From NCBI RefSeq assembly GCF_000737315.1, contig NZ_JMCB01000007.1, forward strand, positions 1-64,000: 64,000 nt of DNA. Reading direction: 5' to 3'. The translations under genes and the position numbers were made by a program. Under the pieces are notes generated by a model that worked only from the letters and a program-made list of their open reading frames with translations, did not search any database and was not told the origin of the DNA. The stretch is from Hyalangium minutum. Lineage in GTDB: Bacteria; Myxococcota; Myxococcia; Myxococcales; Myxococcaceae. This document shows positions 1 through 9,430 of the stretch, piece by piece; position 1 is the first letter of the stretch; every line of letters starts with the position of its first letter.

Positions 1-104
1 CTCCTCGACGACGAGAGAGTGAAGCCAGGCGAACCAGGGGCTGATCGCGGAGACGAGGGCCAACGCCTGAGCCGTGACGCTGGCGACGAGGAGGGAGATC
101 AGCG

Positions 105-295
105 CCACCAGCCTGGTGCCTCCGCCGAGGGCAAACCTGACGAGGTTCCACGGCGTCTTTGCCCCAGGCGCGAAAGTGCGGCCATTTCTGCTCCCTCAAG
201 CGGGGGAGGAGCCGGGGATGGAGGAGGAGAGCCCCGCCTTTGGCGCGACGGTGGAGGAGCCGAGGAAGGAGCGCACACCCCGTTTGGACTGCTGC
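105..295 (+). pseudogene. IS91-family (Y2) transposase C-terminal remnant
   Basis: Translation SLVPPPRANLTRFHGVFAPGAKVRPFLLPQ...RKERTPRLD matches the recalled C-terminal motif of myxobacterial IS91-like transposases. It has no start, and the similarity stops abruptly before the monooxygenase. Confidence 0.7.
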
Positions 296-320
296 TGCCG
301 AGCTGATAGAGGCCCGAGGC

Positions 321-1913
321 ATGCACGAGAAGACCTCGCGAGAAGAGCGTGTCCCGGTGCTCATCGTCGGCGGCGGTTTGGTCGGGCTGTCGACGGCGCT
401 CTTCCTGGCGCATCGCGGGGTGAAGGCCCTCGTCCTCGAGAAGCACGAGGGCACCTCCATCCACCCCCGAGCCCGTGGATTCCACGAGCGCACCATCGAG
501 CTGTTCCGCTCCACGTGCGCGCGAGAGGAGATCGAGCGGGTAGGGGGCGTGCCTCCCGATCTGGGCGGTGGAGGCCAGTTGGTGGCGCTCACGCTCGCGG
601 GGCCCGTGTTGTCCTGGATGCCCGCGGCGCCGGGAGCACATCGGTCGGACCTGAGCCCGTGTCCGCACGTCTACCTGGGACAGGACAGGCTCGAGCCCAT
701 CCTGCTGCGAGCCGCGCGCGAGCAGCAGGCCGAGGTGCGCTTCCGCCACGAACTGAAGGCGTTCACCCAGGACGTGAAGGGAGTGACCGCTCAGGTCCTC
801 GATCGAGCGACGAGAGAGACGTACACGGTTCGCACCGACTACCTGGTGGCGGCGGATGGTGTGCGCAGCTCCGTTCGCGAGGCGCTCGGCATCGCGCAGC
901 GGGGGCGTGGCTCACTGGGGCACAACGTCTCCACCCTCTTTCACGCGGATCTGTCTCCCGTGCGAAGGGAACACCCGTTCGGCTTCGCGGTGCTGAAGCA
1001 CCCCGAGGCGGGCGGCGTCATGGTGGCCACGGACGTGAAGGACCGGTGGATTTACGCCACCCGGTTCGACGTTTCGCGAGAGACACCCGCGGACTTCACC
1101 GAGGAGCGCTGGACGCGTCTCATCCGCCTTGCCACGGGGCTGCCGGAGCTTGTCCCGACGCTCCTGGGCACGTTTCCGTGGGAGGCGGCGGAGCGGGTGG
1201 CGGAGCGCTTCTCCTCGGGCCGCGTGTTCCTGGCGGGGGATGCAGCGCACCAGATGCCGCCCACGGGAGGGCACGGCGCCAATACCGGCATCCAGGACGC
1301 GGCCAACCTGGCCTGGAAGCTCGCGGCCGTGCTGAAGGGACAGGCCGGGCCGTCGCTGCTGGAGACCTATGACTCCGAGCGCCGCCCGGTCGCCGCAGCG
1401 ACCGCGAACCAGGCCACCCTCCTCGCGCTGCGTCTCGAGAAGGGAGCCGCGATGCCGGAGGACGACGGGGCCGTCAGTGCCAGGGTGATCATCTTCGGCT
1501 ATCGCTATGGCTCCGATGAGCCGCTCCCTCGGATGTTGACCCTCAACGGTGAGCCCGGCACGCGCGCGCCGCACGTGTGGCTCTCGTCGGAGGAAGGCCC
1601 GGTGTCGACGATCGATCTGTTTGGCGGAGGCTTCGTCCTGCTGGCGGGGGACCGGAGCTGGCTCGATGCGAGCGAGGCCCTCTCGAAGCGCGCGGGGCTT
1701 CCGCTCCAGGCCCACCGTGTCGACGGCTGGCAGAGCACCTATGGCGTGGGAGCCTCGGGCGCCTCCCTGATCCGTCCCGATGGAATGGTGGCGGCGCGGT
1801 GGAGCGAGGCCTCGAGCGATGCGGAGCGTATGCTCTCCGCGGCGCTCGCGGCGGCTACCAGGACTCGTCAGGCCGCCCTCCCATCAGGTGTGCGGCAGGA
1901 GTCTGGGCGCTAG
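321..1913 (+). CDS. FAD-dependent monooxygenase (FAD_binding_3, PheA/RdmE-like aromatic hydroxylase)
   Basis: VLIVGGGLVGLS Rossmann motif, DG motif (LVAADGVRS) and GD motif (RVFLAGDAAHQMPPTGGHGANTGIQDAANLAWKL). ATG at 321 follows GAGG. Confidence 0.93.
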   Translation: MHEKTSREERVPVLIVGGGLVGLSTALFLAHRGVKALVLEKHEGTSIHPRARGFHERTIELFRSTCAREEIERVGGVPPDLGGGGQLVALTLAGPVLSWMPAAPGAHRSDLSPCPHVYLGQDRLEPILLRAAREQQAEVRFRHELKAFTQDVKGVTAQVLDRATRETYTVRTDYLVAADGVRSSVREALGIAQRGRGSLGHNVSTLFHADLSPVRREHPFGFAVLKHPEAGGVMVATDVKDRWIYATRFDVSRETPADFTEERWTRLIRLATGLPELVPTLLGTFPWEAAERVAERFSSGRVFLAGDAAHQMPPTGGHGANTGIQDAANLAWKLAAVLKGQAGPSLLETYDSERRPVAAATANQATLLALRLEKGAAMPEDDGAVSARVIIFGYRYGSDEPLPRMLTLNGEPGTRAPHVWLSSEEGPVSTIDLFGGGFVLLAGDRSWLDASEALSKRAGLPLQAHRVDGWQSTYGVGASGASLIRPDGMVAARWSEASSDAERMLSAALAAATRTRQAALPSGVRQESGR

Positions 1914-2863
1914 TCCCGCCGCCGCTCCACGCGCCGCTTGATGCGGCTGTAACCGCCCAGGCTGGGGCGCATGACGAAGTTCCAAAGCGTCGCCGTCCAC
2001 GATTGGTGCGCCAGGAGACCGTCGTAAAATTCCGGCGCCATCGCTCGTAGCTTCGGCAGGCGCGAGCCAGGAACGTAGGGGAAGTCGTGGTGCTCGTTGT
2101 GGTAGCCGACATTGAACGCGAGCACGTTGAGCGGCCCGTAGTACGAGTAGGTCTCTTGCCCTTCGCGGAAGACGTAGTGCTCCGAGATGTAGTGTCCGGC
2201 AATCGGATGGAGCCCCATGACGATCAGTGAACTGATCGGCAGATAGGCAAGCGCTTTGCCGCCCCAAAAATAGAACACGGCCACGTTGAACGCGACCTGC
2301 ACGAGGAGGTTCGCGATCTCGGAAGCCCCCGGCTTCTTGGGATCCACGAACAGCGGGCGGAGCGCGTAGGCAAAGCCTTGGCAAGCGAGCCAGAGCAGTT
2401 TGCTTGCGCGATGGCGCAGCAAGCGCGCCTCGAACTCCGTCGGTATATCCGTGTCGAGCCGCTCGTCACCCTGATGGCTGTGATGGCGCAGGTGGTAGTA
2501 GCGAAACGTTTCTGAGACCGGCACACCCACGGGCAGATTGATGAAGACGCCGAACACGCGATTGTGCCAGGGCTTGCGGAACGCGAGATTGTGAGAGAGC
2601 TCGTGAATGGCCAGGAGTAGCGCCTGGTTGATCACTCCGCCCACCGCATAGGCGACCAGAACAATCAGCCACCAGGGCGCGTCACGCAGCAGGAAGGCGA
2701 GCGAGAGTTGCAGCCCGACGAGCAGCGTGCAGACGTACTTCGTGCGCGAGCACGGGCCGTAGAGTTCCTTGATCTCGGGATGCGTGCGAAGCAGCTCGCG
2801 CCGCCGCGCGGCGTGCGGTTCGTCCTCGCTGGACCAGATGAAGCCATTGGACATGGCGCCCAC
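1910..2863 (-). CDS. Sphingolipid delta-4 desaturase / C4-hydroxylase, DEGS1/DES1-like
   Basis: N-terminal FIWSSEDEPHAARRRELL (Lipid_DES-type). His boxes HELSH, HLRHH and HNEHH. ETYSYYGPLNVLAFNVGYHNEHHDFP matches eukaryotic DEGS. Start is GTG 2863 or ATG 2854. Confidence 0.92.
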   Translation of the reverse strand: MGAMSNGFIWSSEDEPHAARRRELLRTHPEIKELYGPCSRTKYVCTLLVGLQLSLAFLLRDAPWWLIVLVAYAVGGVINQALLLAIHELSHNLAFRKPWHNRVFGVFINLPVGVPVSETFRYYHLRHHSHQGDERLDTDIPTEFEARLLRHRASKLLWLACQGFAYALRPLFVDPKKPGASEIANLLVQVAFNVAVFYFWGGKALAYLPISSLIVMGLHPIAGHYISEHYVFREGQETYSYYGPLNVLAFNVGYHNEHHDFPYVPGSRLPKLRAMAPEFYDGLLAHQSWTATLWNFVMRPSLGGYSRIKRRVERRRD

Positions 2864-2894
2864 GGTACCTCAGGACCCAAGGGGATGGGCAGTA

Positions 2895-3284
2895 TCAGTT
2901 CGCTGTACCCCGTCGTCGTGCCGGCCAATCAGGCGAGCCACGAGGTGCGGCCGACGCCGAAGCAGGGCCTGCGGGGAGCGTGAGAGAGGGCGCGGCGGGT
3001 AGCGAGGTGGTCCCGCCCCGCTCGTTGATGATGTCCTCTTCCGTCACCATGTTGGGCGGTAGCTGGTTCTCGCTCGTGGGCCCGAGAACGCCCCGGCTCA
3101 TGCTGGCCCCCGTCAGAGAGATCAGCACCTCGTCTAGCGCCTCCTTGGGCCCGTAGGGGGCTCCCAGCGCAGCAAGGCCCGCCCGCAGATCGGCCTCTAC
3201 TTCAGTCGCCGACTGATAGCGGAAGCACTCAAGGCCCACCGCCACCTGTGCGGCTCTTACGTGTTTCAAGAGTGGATGGGTCAC
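2895..3284 (-). CDS. Hypothetical protein or gene fragment
   Basis: 129-aa ORF with no recognisable motif, next to the att-like repeat. It may be a remnant or spurious. Confidence 0.3.
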   Translation of the reverse strand: MTHPLLKHVRAAQVAVGLECFRYQSATEVEADLRAGLAALGAPYGPKEALDEVLISLTGASMSRGVLGPTSENQLPPNMVTEEDIINERGGTTSLPAAPSLTLPAGPASASAAPRGSPDWPARRRGTAN

Positions 3285-3315
3285 GCCACGATTCAGATTG
3301 CTGGGCTTCTCGGGA

Positions 3316-3369
3316 TGGAGGCGGCGGGAATCGAACCCTCTGCGCGGAGCTTCTGGCGAGATCGATCCA
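3316..3369 (-). repeat. att-like repeat copy 1 (reverse complement resembles a tRNA/tmRNA T-arm and 3' end)
   Basis: TGGAGGCGGCGGGAATCGAACCC is the reverse complement of GGGTTCGATTCCCGCCGCCTCCA. The 54-bp segment aligns ungapped with 13293-13346 (9 mismatches, counted by hand). Confidence 0.7.
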
Positions 3370-3647
3370 GAGCGCCGCTTCCGTCATCCTCTTTGGACGG
3401 GCCACGAGGGGGACGCGCGGCTCGTGCCGGGGGAGCGGCAGAGGGCTACAGTCGGCCCGCGGCCTCCAGCACATCGGGGACCTGTTTGGCTTTGGCTCCG
3501 GCTTTGCCTGTCACCAGGGACCAGGACGAACACCGCCGCCCACTGCCGGATCGAACCCCATTCAGAAGTGTCGAAGAAATCACGATTTACAGCTATTGCT
3601 GGTGTTTGGACCGTGTTGGTGCATAAATTCGCCTGGAAAGGAAACTC

Positions 3648-5885
3648 ATGCACCTCCAGCGGGTTTCGTTCGCGGTCCTCGGGTTGAGCTTCTGTCTCCT
3701 GGCGGCGGGGTGTGACAGTGCCCCACCCGAGGTGCTCCCCGCCGTGGCTCCCGAGGAGGCGCTGCACTCCGAGCGTGGCGGCATCGGCACGTCCTCGCAG
3801 GCGCTGCTGTCCTCATCGCCGCGGACGATTGATCCCCGCCGCTCGCTGGCGGTGACGGATGAGAGCATCCTGGCGCAGTTCAGCTTCCAGAGCGTGATGC
3901 AGCAGTTGGTGACGCAGGCGGGGGTGGCCGGGGTGGACCGGATGACGCTCTTCCGCCAGCTGTGGGACACGCAGAACCCGGCGCCGGGGCTGAACCTGGG
4001 GCCCCACTGCGACGATGTGCGCGATGGCGCGCTGCAGCCGATCTTCAACGGCTATCCCATCGACTGCCCGCGCGCTGAAGGACTGGAGACGCAGATCGAT
4101 CCCTTCTCCAACCCCACGACGAATGCCCAGGCGTACATCCCCATCGGGCTGTTCAACCGCTTCGATCTGGCGCCTGCCAGCGGAGCCAACTGCGGCGAGT
4201 ACCGCATCGCCTTCGGGAAGCGGGGAGGCTTTGGCCGCAACCTCCTCATCTTCGAGGCGGTGCTGCCCAACCCGCACCCGGAACAGGGGCTGGAGGGGTG
4301 CCGCCCGGTGGTGGAGTTCTGGGCCGGCCTGTCGACGCCCACCCGCACCAGCGCGGACCGGGCCACGGCGCTGCGCAACTTCTACTTCACGGGCCTCGCC
4401 GGCTTCCTGCCCGTCATCCACCTGGACAATTACGGCAACCGCGCCACGGGAGCCACGGGGCAGCTGCGCACCAACCAGTTCATGGACTCCACGTGGAACC
4501 TGCGCGAGTTCAAGCTGAAGAAGACGTGTGGCACCTCTTGCACGCTGCGGTGGATGCCGGCCACGGACAAGACCAACCCGGCGGGCACGCTGTTCGATCC
4601 GGCCTCGCCGCACGCGCTGGCGGATGACTTCCGTGCCGCCTTCCTCGCCACGGAGGTGTCGCGGCTGGCCCTCAACGACATCAACCGTTTCAACATGGTC
4701 GTCGCCGACAAGTTCAACAGCGGCCAGAGCGAGGTGGAGTTCGGGGGTGACACGGACTACGACTCGATTTTCGGCGGCGCGAGCGCCTTCCGCACCAGCA
4801 TCCAGTCGAAGCTCACCAGCATCGGAAGCACGCTGACGCCCGACCACATTGTCCGCCGGGCCCAGGCGCTCTCGTGCGCCGGCTGCCACCAGCTCAGCAA
4901 TGGGCGGGATCTGGGCTTTCGCACCGGCTCGGGCAGCACCATTCCCTGGCCCAACTCGCTGGGCTTCACCCACGTGAGCGAGCAGCTGCGCGAGCCGAGC
5001 CCGGATGGGGGCAACCGCTTCGTCATCTCCCCGGCGCTCACCGACGTCTTCCTGCCGCACCGCAAGCAGGTCTTCGAGGACTTCCTCAACACCCTGTCGT
5101 ACACCTTCACGGGGGCGGTGGGCATCTCCGGCAGCGACATGGTGGGGCCCAACCGGCTGACGAAGGGCCCCTGCACGGGCCAGCCCTTCACCACCCCGGA
5201 TCCAGAAGGGGCGACGCTCGCGGTGACCAACAGCGAGCTGGGCACGGCGAGCTGGGACTGCGCGGAGCCCAACTTCTGGTTCGGCTCCAACCTCGGGCGG
5301 CCGCTGAGCCCCAACGCGGCCACGCAGGCGTTCACGTTCAAGCCGCCAGCGGGCTACACGTGTGACGGGTATGACTTGTACGGCCCTTACGCGAGCCACA
5401 CGTTCAGCAAGTCGGGCAACAACTGCACGCTGAGCATCACCCTGGGCACGCCGGGGGATTTGTTCCTGTGGTTCTACGTGAAGCCGACGCTGGCCTACAA
5501 AGTCAGTGGGGCGGTGGCGATCGACGGCTCGGATGCGATGGGGGCCAACCGGGTGACGCAGGGGCCGTGTGCGGGCAAGCCGTTCATCACGGGCTCGACG
5601 ACGCGGGTGAACAACGCGCAGTTGCTCAACTCGCGCTGGGACTGTGTCGAGCCGAGCTTCTGGTTCGGCGATGTGCTCGGGCAGCGTGTCTCGCTGAGCG
5701 CCACCAGCCAGTCCTTCACCTACACGCCGCCCGCGGGCTTTGCGTGCACGTGGTACGGGCTGTACGGGGACAAGACGGGCGAGAGCTTCACGCGCTCGGG
5801 CAACAACTGCACGCTGACGTTGCAGCCCAACGCGGCCGTCAAGCGCGGGGAGCTGTTCCTCTGGTTCTTCGTGCAGCCGCTGTAG
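3648..5885 (+). CDS. Secreted lipoprotein with a single CxxCH motif and two tandem C-terminal ~130-aa repeats
   Basis: Lipobox LAAGC and ALSCAGCHQ. The duplicated module shares GPCxGxPF, WDCxEPxFWFG, FxxSGNNCTL and G(D/E)LFLWF(Y/F)VxP. RBS GGAAAGGA precedes the ATG. Confidence 0.85.
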   Translation: MHLQRVSFAVLGLSFCLLAAGCDSAPPEVLPAVAPEEALHSERGGIGTSSQALLSSSPRTIDPRRSLAVTDESILAQFSFQSVMQQLVTQAGVAGVDRMTLFRQLWDTQNPAPGLNLGPHCDDVRDGALQPIFNGYPIDCPRAEGLETQIDPFSNPTTNAQAYIPIGLFNRFDLAPASGANCGEYRIAFGKRGGFGRNLLIFEAVLPNPHPEQGLEGCRPVVEFWAGLSTPTRTSADRATALRNFYFTGLAGFLPVIHLDNYGNRATGATGQLRTNQFMDSTWNLREFKLKKTCGTSCTLRWMPATDKTNPAGTLFDPASPHALADDFRAAFLATEVSRLALNDINRFNMVVADKFNSGQSEVEFGGDTDYDSIFGGASAFRTSIQSKLTSIGSTLTPDHIVRRAQALSCAGCHQLSNGRDLGFRTGSGSTIPWPNSLGFTHVSEQLREPSPDGGNRFVISPALTDVFLPHRKQVFEDFLNTLSYTFTGAVGISGSDMVGPNRLTKGPCTGQPFTTPDPEGATLAVTNSELGTASWDCAEPNFWFGSNLGRPLSPNAATQAFTFKPPAGYTCDGYDLYGPYASHTFSKSGNNCTLSITLGTPGDLFLWFYVKPTLAYKVSGAVAIDGSDAMGANRVTQGPCAGKPFITGSTTRVNNAQLLNSRWDCVEPSFWFGDVLGQRVSLSATSQSFTYTPPAGFACTWYGLYGDKTGESFTRSGNNCTLTLQPNAAVKRGELFLWFFVQPL

Positions 5886-5926
5886 CTGCTCGCGGGCCGG
5901 GTCGCGCCGCTTGGCAGCGGTGAGCA

Positions 5927-6802
5927 TCAGCTCTGGAGCCGAGCTGTAGCTGAACTGGGGCGCGGCGTGGTCCAGTGAGCCACTTCTATCTCGAAGCGCT
6001 TGGCCTTCAGCGTCAGCAACAGACGGTAGAGCCGGGGCGAGATGAGCAGTTGCTCCCTCGGCCGTAGCACGCCCTGCCAGGCCCCGATGAGTTGCCGTGT
6101 TCGCACCCAATCGCTCCCATCCTGCCCTTCCTGCTTCAACCACAACTCCGAGATGCGGTTGAGCCCAGCGACATGCTTTCGAGGGCACCGGTGCCGACCC
6201 TGCTGATCCAGGTTGAAGGGATCATCTCCCACGCGGGTGGGGGGAACGATGTCCACTGGCTTCGAGGTGACGACAAGCTGACGCCACTCCTCAGCCAGCT
6301 TCCCTGTCTTGTGCCTGACCGGCCGGTATTCCGCTCCGGTGATGCCGTGCTTGCGCAGAGCCTCGGTCAGCCGGGCCGAGACGACGATCTCTCCCGCAAT
6401 GGTGACAGCCAGATCCTTTTTCTTGGGGATGTGCGGCACATCCAAGTGGAGATCCGTCAATTGCGGTGCCCCTGCTCCGCAGTGAGGGCATGCCGCCGCA
6501 TCGTCGTACTTTGTCCCGCACATCTCGCCTGGCGGCTCGAACGTTGGGCGGATGATCAGTTGGAGTACCTCTGCGGTATCCAACTCCTTTCGCGTGTAGT
6601 GCCTGGAGATGTGTGAGTACGTGAAGAATGCTTTACCTTTCTTCAAGAACTCACGGTCAAGATCAGCAATGAACTTGACGCGAGGATCATCCATCGGAAG
6701 CACGATCTTCCGGACGCTGTCTCCCAACAGGGTCCCCAGCCCAGGCTCAAGGAACATGTCCGCATGGCCCGCAGGAACTCGAAATTCGATGGTCTCTCGC
6801 AT
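5927..6802 (-). CDS. Putative toxin immunity protein (Cys-motif type, CPHCG and CPRKH)
   Basis: Intact 291-aa ORF starting 5 nt after the stop of the broken toxin gene. It has paired Cys motifs and an EIVVSARL segment typical of myxobacterial immunity proteins. Confidence 0.65.
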   Translation of the reverse strand: MRETIEFRVPAGHADMFLEPGLGTLLGDSVRKIVLPMDDPRVKFIADLDREFLKKGKAFFTYSHISRHYTRKELDTAEVLQLIIRPTFEPPGEMCGTKYDDAAACPHCGAGAPQLTDLHLDVPHIPKKKDLAVTIAGEIVVSARLTEALRKHGITGAEYRPVRHKTGKLAEEWRQLVVTSKPVDIVPPTRVGDDPFNLDQQGRHRCPRKHVAGLNRISELWLKQEGQDGSDWVRTRQLIGAWQGVLRPREQLLISPRLYRLLLTLKAKRFEIEVAHWTTPRPSSATARLQS

Positions 6803-6807
6803 GGCTC

Positions 6808-7446
6808 TCAGGGGTTGATGCCAATGAGCTGAGGGATGGGGTATCGAGAGTAGACCTCAAAGAGGATCTGCTGGAGCCGCTCTGGGGGGGCTGGCCCTGG
6901 CCATACGGCCATTGCCTCCGGAACTCCTGGGTCATGGACTGGTGATAGGCGGACTGAAGCCGGTACGTCGCTCCTGCTCTCGGCCCTCCAAGGTACATGG
7001 GAATGAAGTGGTGCTATTGATACCCCTGGAGATTCGGGTAACGGGCTCTTGCATCTGCTACCGACTGGAAGTATCGCTCCCGCGCCTGTTGAACCAGGTG
7101 GTACTCCTCAGTTTGTCGCCGCCTCGCCGCAATCTCCTCTCGTGTGGGCCGAGGGTTGAGGAGTGGAGGTTGTGTACGTACGCCCAGCCCGCCACGGCCT
7201 CCCCTGCGTAGCGGACGGCGAGTCATCACCGGCTCCACTACGCCCTCCGATTTTCCCTCTACGAAGAGGACGTCCCACCCTGCTGCTTCCAAGGCCTCTT
7301 CGCCCCCAGGCTCCCACTCCAGCATTGCTACCGGCAGGAAGACGCTAGGAACTTTGCCGTGCTCCGCCCCAGGGGTATGGCGCACCAATACAGCCGTCCC
7401 AGGTGGGAGCCTCCCGGCAACCTCCTTCACCGGTGTCCCGACTTCT
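6808..7446 (-). pseudogene. C-terminal part of an HNH-like nuclease toxin, disrupted
   Basis: Reading through TAG 7014-7016 gives YQ*HHFIPMYLGG...SAYHQSMTQEFRRQWPYG. Correcting a one-base frameshift in the G7 run 6884-6890 gives ERLQQILFEVYSRYPIPQLIGINP*, with stop at 6808-6810. The 5' part is cut off by the IS66. Confidence 0.75.
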
Positions 7447-7516
7447 CGTATCAGTTCGCCGATCCCCGTAGAGGGCAGGCGGTCGAGCAGGGCTGCTGGC
7501 CAGGGGCGAGCGAGCG

Positions 7517-9034
7517 TCAGTCGTAGCCTTGAGGAAGAGTGACGGTGCCCGGATTCTCGATGGCGGCCCGGGCCGCGCGCAACAGGTAGTCGCCCGGATC
7601 CTCCCCGCGCAGCTTGGCCGTCTCGATGAGCGAGTAGAAGAGAGCAGCTACCTCGGTGCCGCGCTGGGACTTGCTGCCGTAGTGGTTCTTGCGGCCGAGC
7701 ACCACGTCTCGCATCTGGCGCTCCACGGGGTTGTTATCCAGCGGCACCCGCGGGTTGTGCAGGAAGACCGTCAGCCCGCTCCACAACTCCAGCATGTACT
7801 CCAGGGCCTTGCGAAAGGTGCTCTCGGGCAGCGCCTTCTGGGACAGGGCCCACGCTTTGATTTGCTCGATGAGGGGGGCCGACTGCTGCTGACGCACGGC
7901 GAGCCGATGGGCCAGCGCCTCCTGCTGTGCCGTCCCTTCCAGGGCATGCCAGTCCGGCAAGTCTTCTTCAAGGGCATACAGCTGACCGATGAGTTCCAGC
8001 ACGTGCGCGCAGGTCGGCTCGAATTTGAGCGCCTCCACGAATTTGCGCCGCACGTGCGCCCAACAGAACGCCAGAGTCGCAGGGGCCGGCCCGTCCGCGC
8101 CGGACTTCGTCGCCGTCTGGTAGGCCGCATACCCATCCACCAGCACGACGCCCTTGAAGTCTCCGAGGACCGTCTTGGCGGTGGCCCCCGAGCGGCTGGG
8201 CAGAATCCGGTGGTACACCGCGTCCGGGGAGGCCACCGTCCACGCGTACCACTTCTTGCCGGGGCCCTTGTCCAACAGGTACCACAGCGTCTCATCGGCG
8301 TGGATGAGCGGCGAGGTAAATACCTCGGCCAGCAGCGCCTCGTCGCTCTTGTTCAGGTGACGGGCCAACGCCTCTATCTGGTCCCACAGCGTCTGTCGCT
8401 CCACCACCAAGCCCTCACGCAGGAACATGCGCTGCTGGCGTGCCAGGGGCAGGTGAAAGGCATACTTCTGCAGGGCCACGTGGACGGCAAACTCCACCGA
8501 GTAGCGGCCTCCCTCCACCAGCCGAGGCGGGGCAGGCGCCGTCACCGGTGCGCACCCTTGAGGGCAGCGGTACTTCTGGCGGTGCAGCTTGCGCAGCACG
8601 AACTGGCGCTCCACCACGGTGACTTCTTCACTGTCCTCGGTCTGCCCCTTCCACTCGTGCAGCGCAGAGCCACACAGGCCACAGAGCTGGTCGGCCTCGT
8701 CCAACGGCAGCAGCACCTCTTGGACAGGCAGCTCGGGCTGAGCACGGGGACCATGGCCCTGGGGCTGCTGCGAGCTGTGCCCTGGCTCCCACGGAGGCGA
8801 CACCTTTCGCTTCTCGCTGGAGGCGCCGAACTGCTGCTGCTGCATCAGCGCCACCTGCTCTTGAAGCTTTTGCAGCTCGCGCTGCAGCAGCACCTGTGCC
8901 TCCTTGCCCTTGAGCCGCGCATTCTCCGCCACCAGCTCCTCCAGCCGCCGGTGCAGCCGCTCATTCTCGGCCTGCAGCAGCCGGGCGACCTGCTTGGCCG
9001 TGTCCAAGTCTGCTAATTCGTCTATCGGCACCAT
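7517..9034 (-). CDS. tnpC: IS66 transposase TnpC
   Basis: N-terminal coiled coil, zinc finger (CGLCG...CPQGC), IHADET, LVDGYAAY, CWAHVRRKF, DNNPVERQMR and SLIETAKL. Confidence 0.97.
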   Translation of the reverse strand: MVPIDELADLDTAKQVARLLQAENERLHRRLEELVAENARLKGKEAQVLLQRELQKLQEQVALMQQQQFGASSEKRKVSPPWEPGHSSQQPQGHGPRAQPELPVQEVLLPLDEADQLCGLCGSALHEWKGQTEDSEEVTVVERQFVLRKLHRQKYRCPQGCAPVTAPAPPRLVEGGRYSVEFAVHVALQKYAFHLPLARQQRMFLREGLVVERQTLWDQIEALARHLNKSDEALLAEVFTSPLIHADETLWYLLDKGPGKKWYAWTVASPDAVYHRILPSRSGATAKTVLGDFKGVVLVDGYAAYQTATKSGADGPAPATLAFCWAHVRRKFVEALKFEPTCAHVLELIGQLYALEEDLPDWHALEGTAQQEALAHRLAVRQQQSAPLIEQIKAWALSQKALPESTFRKALEYMLELWSGLTVFLHNPRVPLDNNPVERQMRDVVLGRKNHYGSKSQRGTEVAALFYSLIETAKLRGEDPGDYLLRAARAAIENPGTVTLPQGYD

Positions 9035-9049
9035 CCTACTCTACAGGTG

Positions 9050-9430
9050 CTACGGAGGGCTGCCCACCGCCAGGGTTTTTTCGTCGAACGCGGGAGGCGA
9101 CAGCTTCCAGCGCCCCGCCAGCTCGCAGCCCTCCAAAAACAGCGACAACTCGGCCACCGTCAGCTCCACCGAGGCGGCTCCTTTGTCCGGCCAGGGCCGG
9201 GCAAACCTCCCCTGGAACAGCCGCTTGGTCAGCAGCACCAGCCCCGTCCCATCGAAGTAGAGCACCTTGGCCCGGCGACGGCTTCTGCCCACGAACAGGA
9301 ACACGTCCCCCTTAAGCACCTGCCCTCCCAACTGCTGCTCCACCAGCGCGCTGAGCCCGTCAAACCCCTTGCGCATGTCCACCGGTGCTGCACACGCGAA
9401 CACCCGCACCGCTCGGGTGAGCGTCAGCAC
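9050..9430 (-). CDS. tnpB: IS66 accessory protein TnpB
   Basis: PVDMRKGFDGL...VFLFVGRSRRRAKVLYFDGTGLVLLTKRL. Confidence 0.96.
   Translation of the reverse strand: MLTLTRAVRVFACAAPVDMRKGFDGLSALVEQQLGGQVLKGDVFLFVGRSRRRAKVLYFDGTGLVLLTKRLFQGRFARPWPDKGAASVELTVAELSLFLEGCELAGRWKLSPPAFDEKTLAVGSPP

Noticed and set aside
159-320. N-terminal extension of the monooxygenase given by the ORF track
   Set aside because: It overlaps the IS91-like remnant in another frame. ATG 321 with an RBS fits the family.
3316-3338. Possible tRNA or tmRNA gene
   Set aside because: Only a T-arm/acceptor-like 23-mer is present. No D-arm, anticodon arm or matching 5' acceptor strand is visible, so it is treated as an att-like remnant.
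3610-3635. Sigma-54 promoter upstream of the CxxCH lipoprotein
   Set aside because: The GG-to-GC spacing does not fit the required 10 bp.
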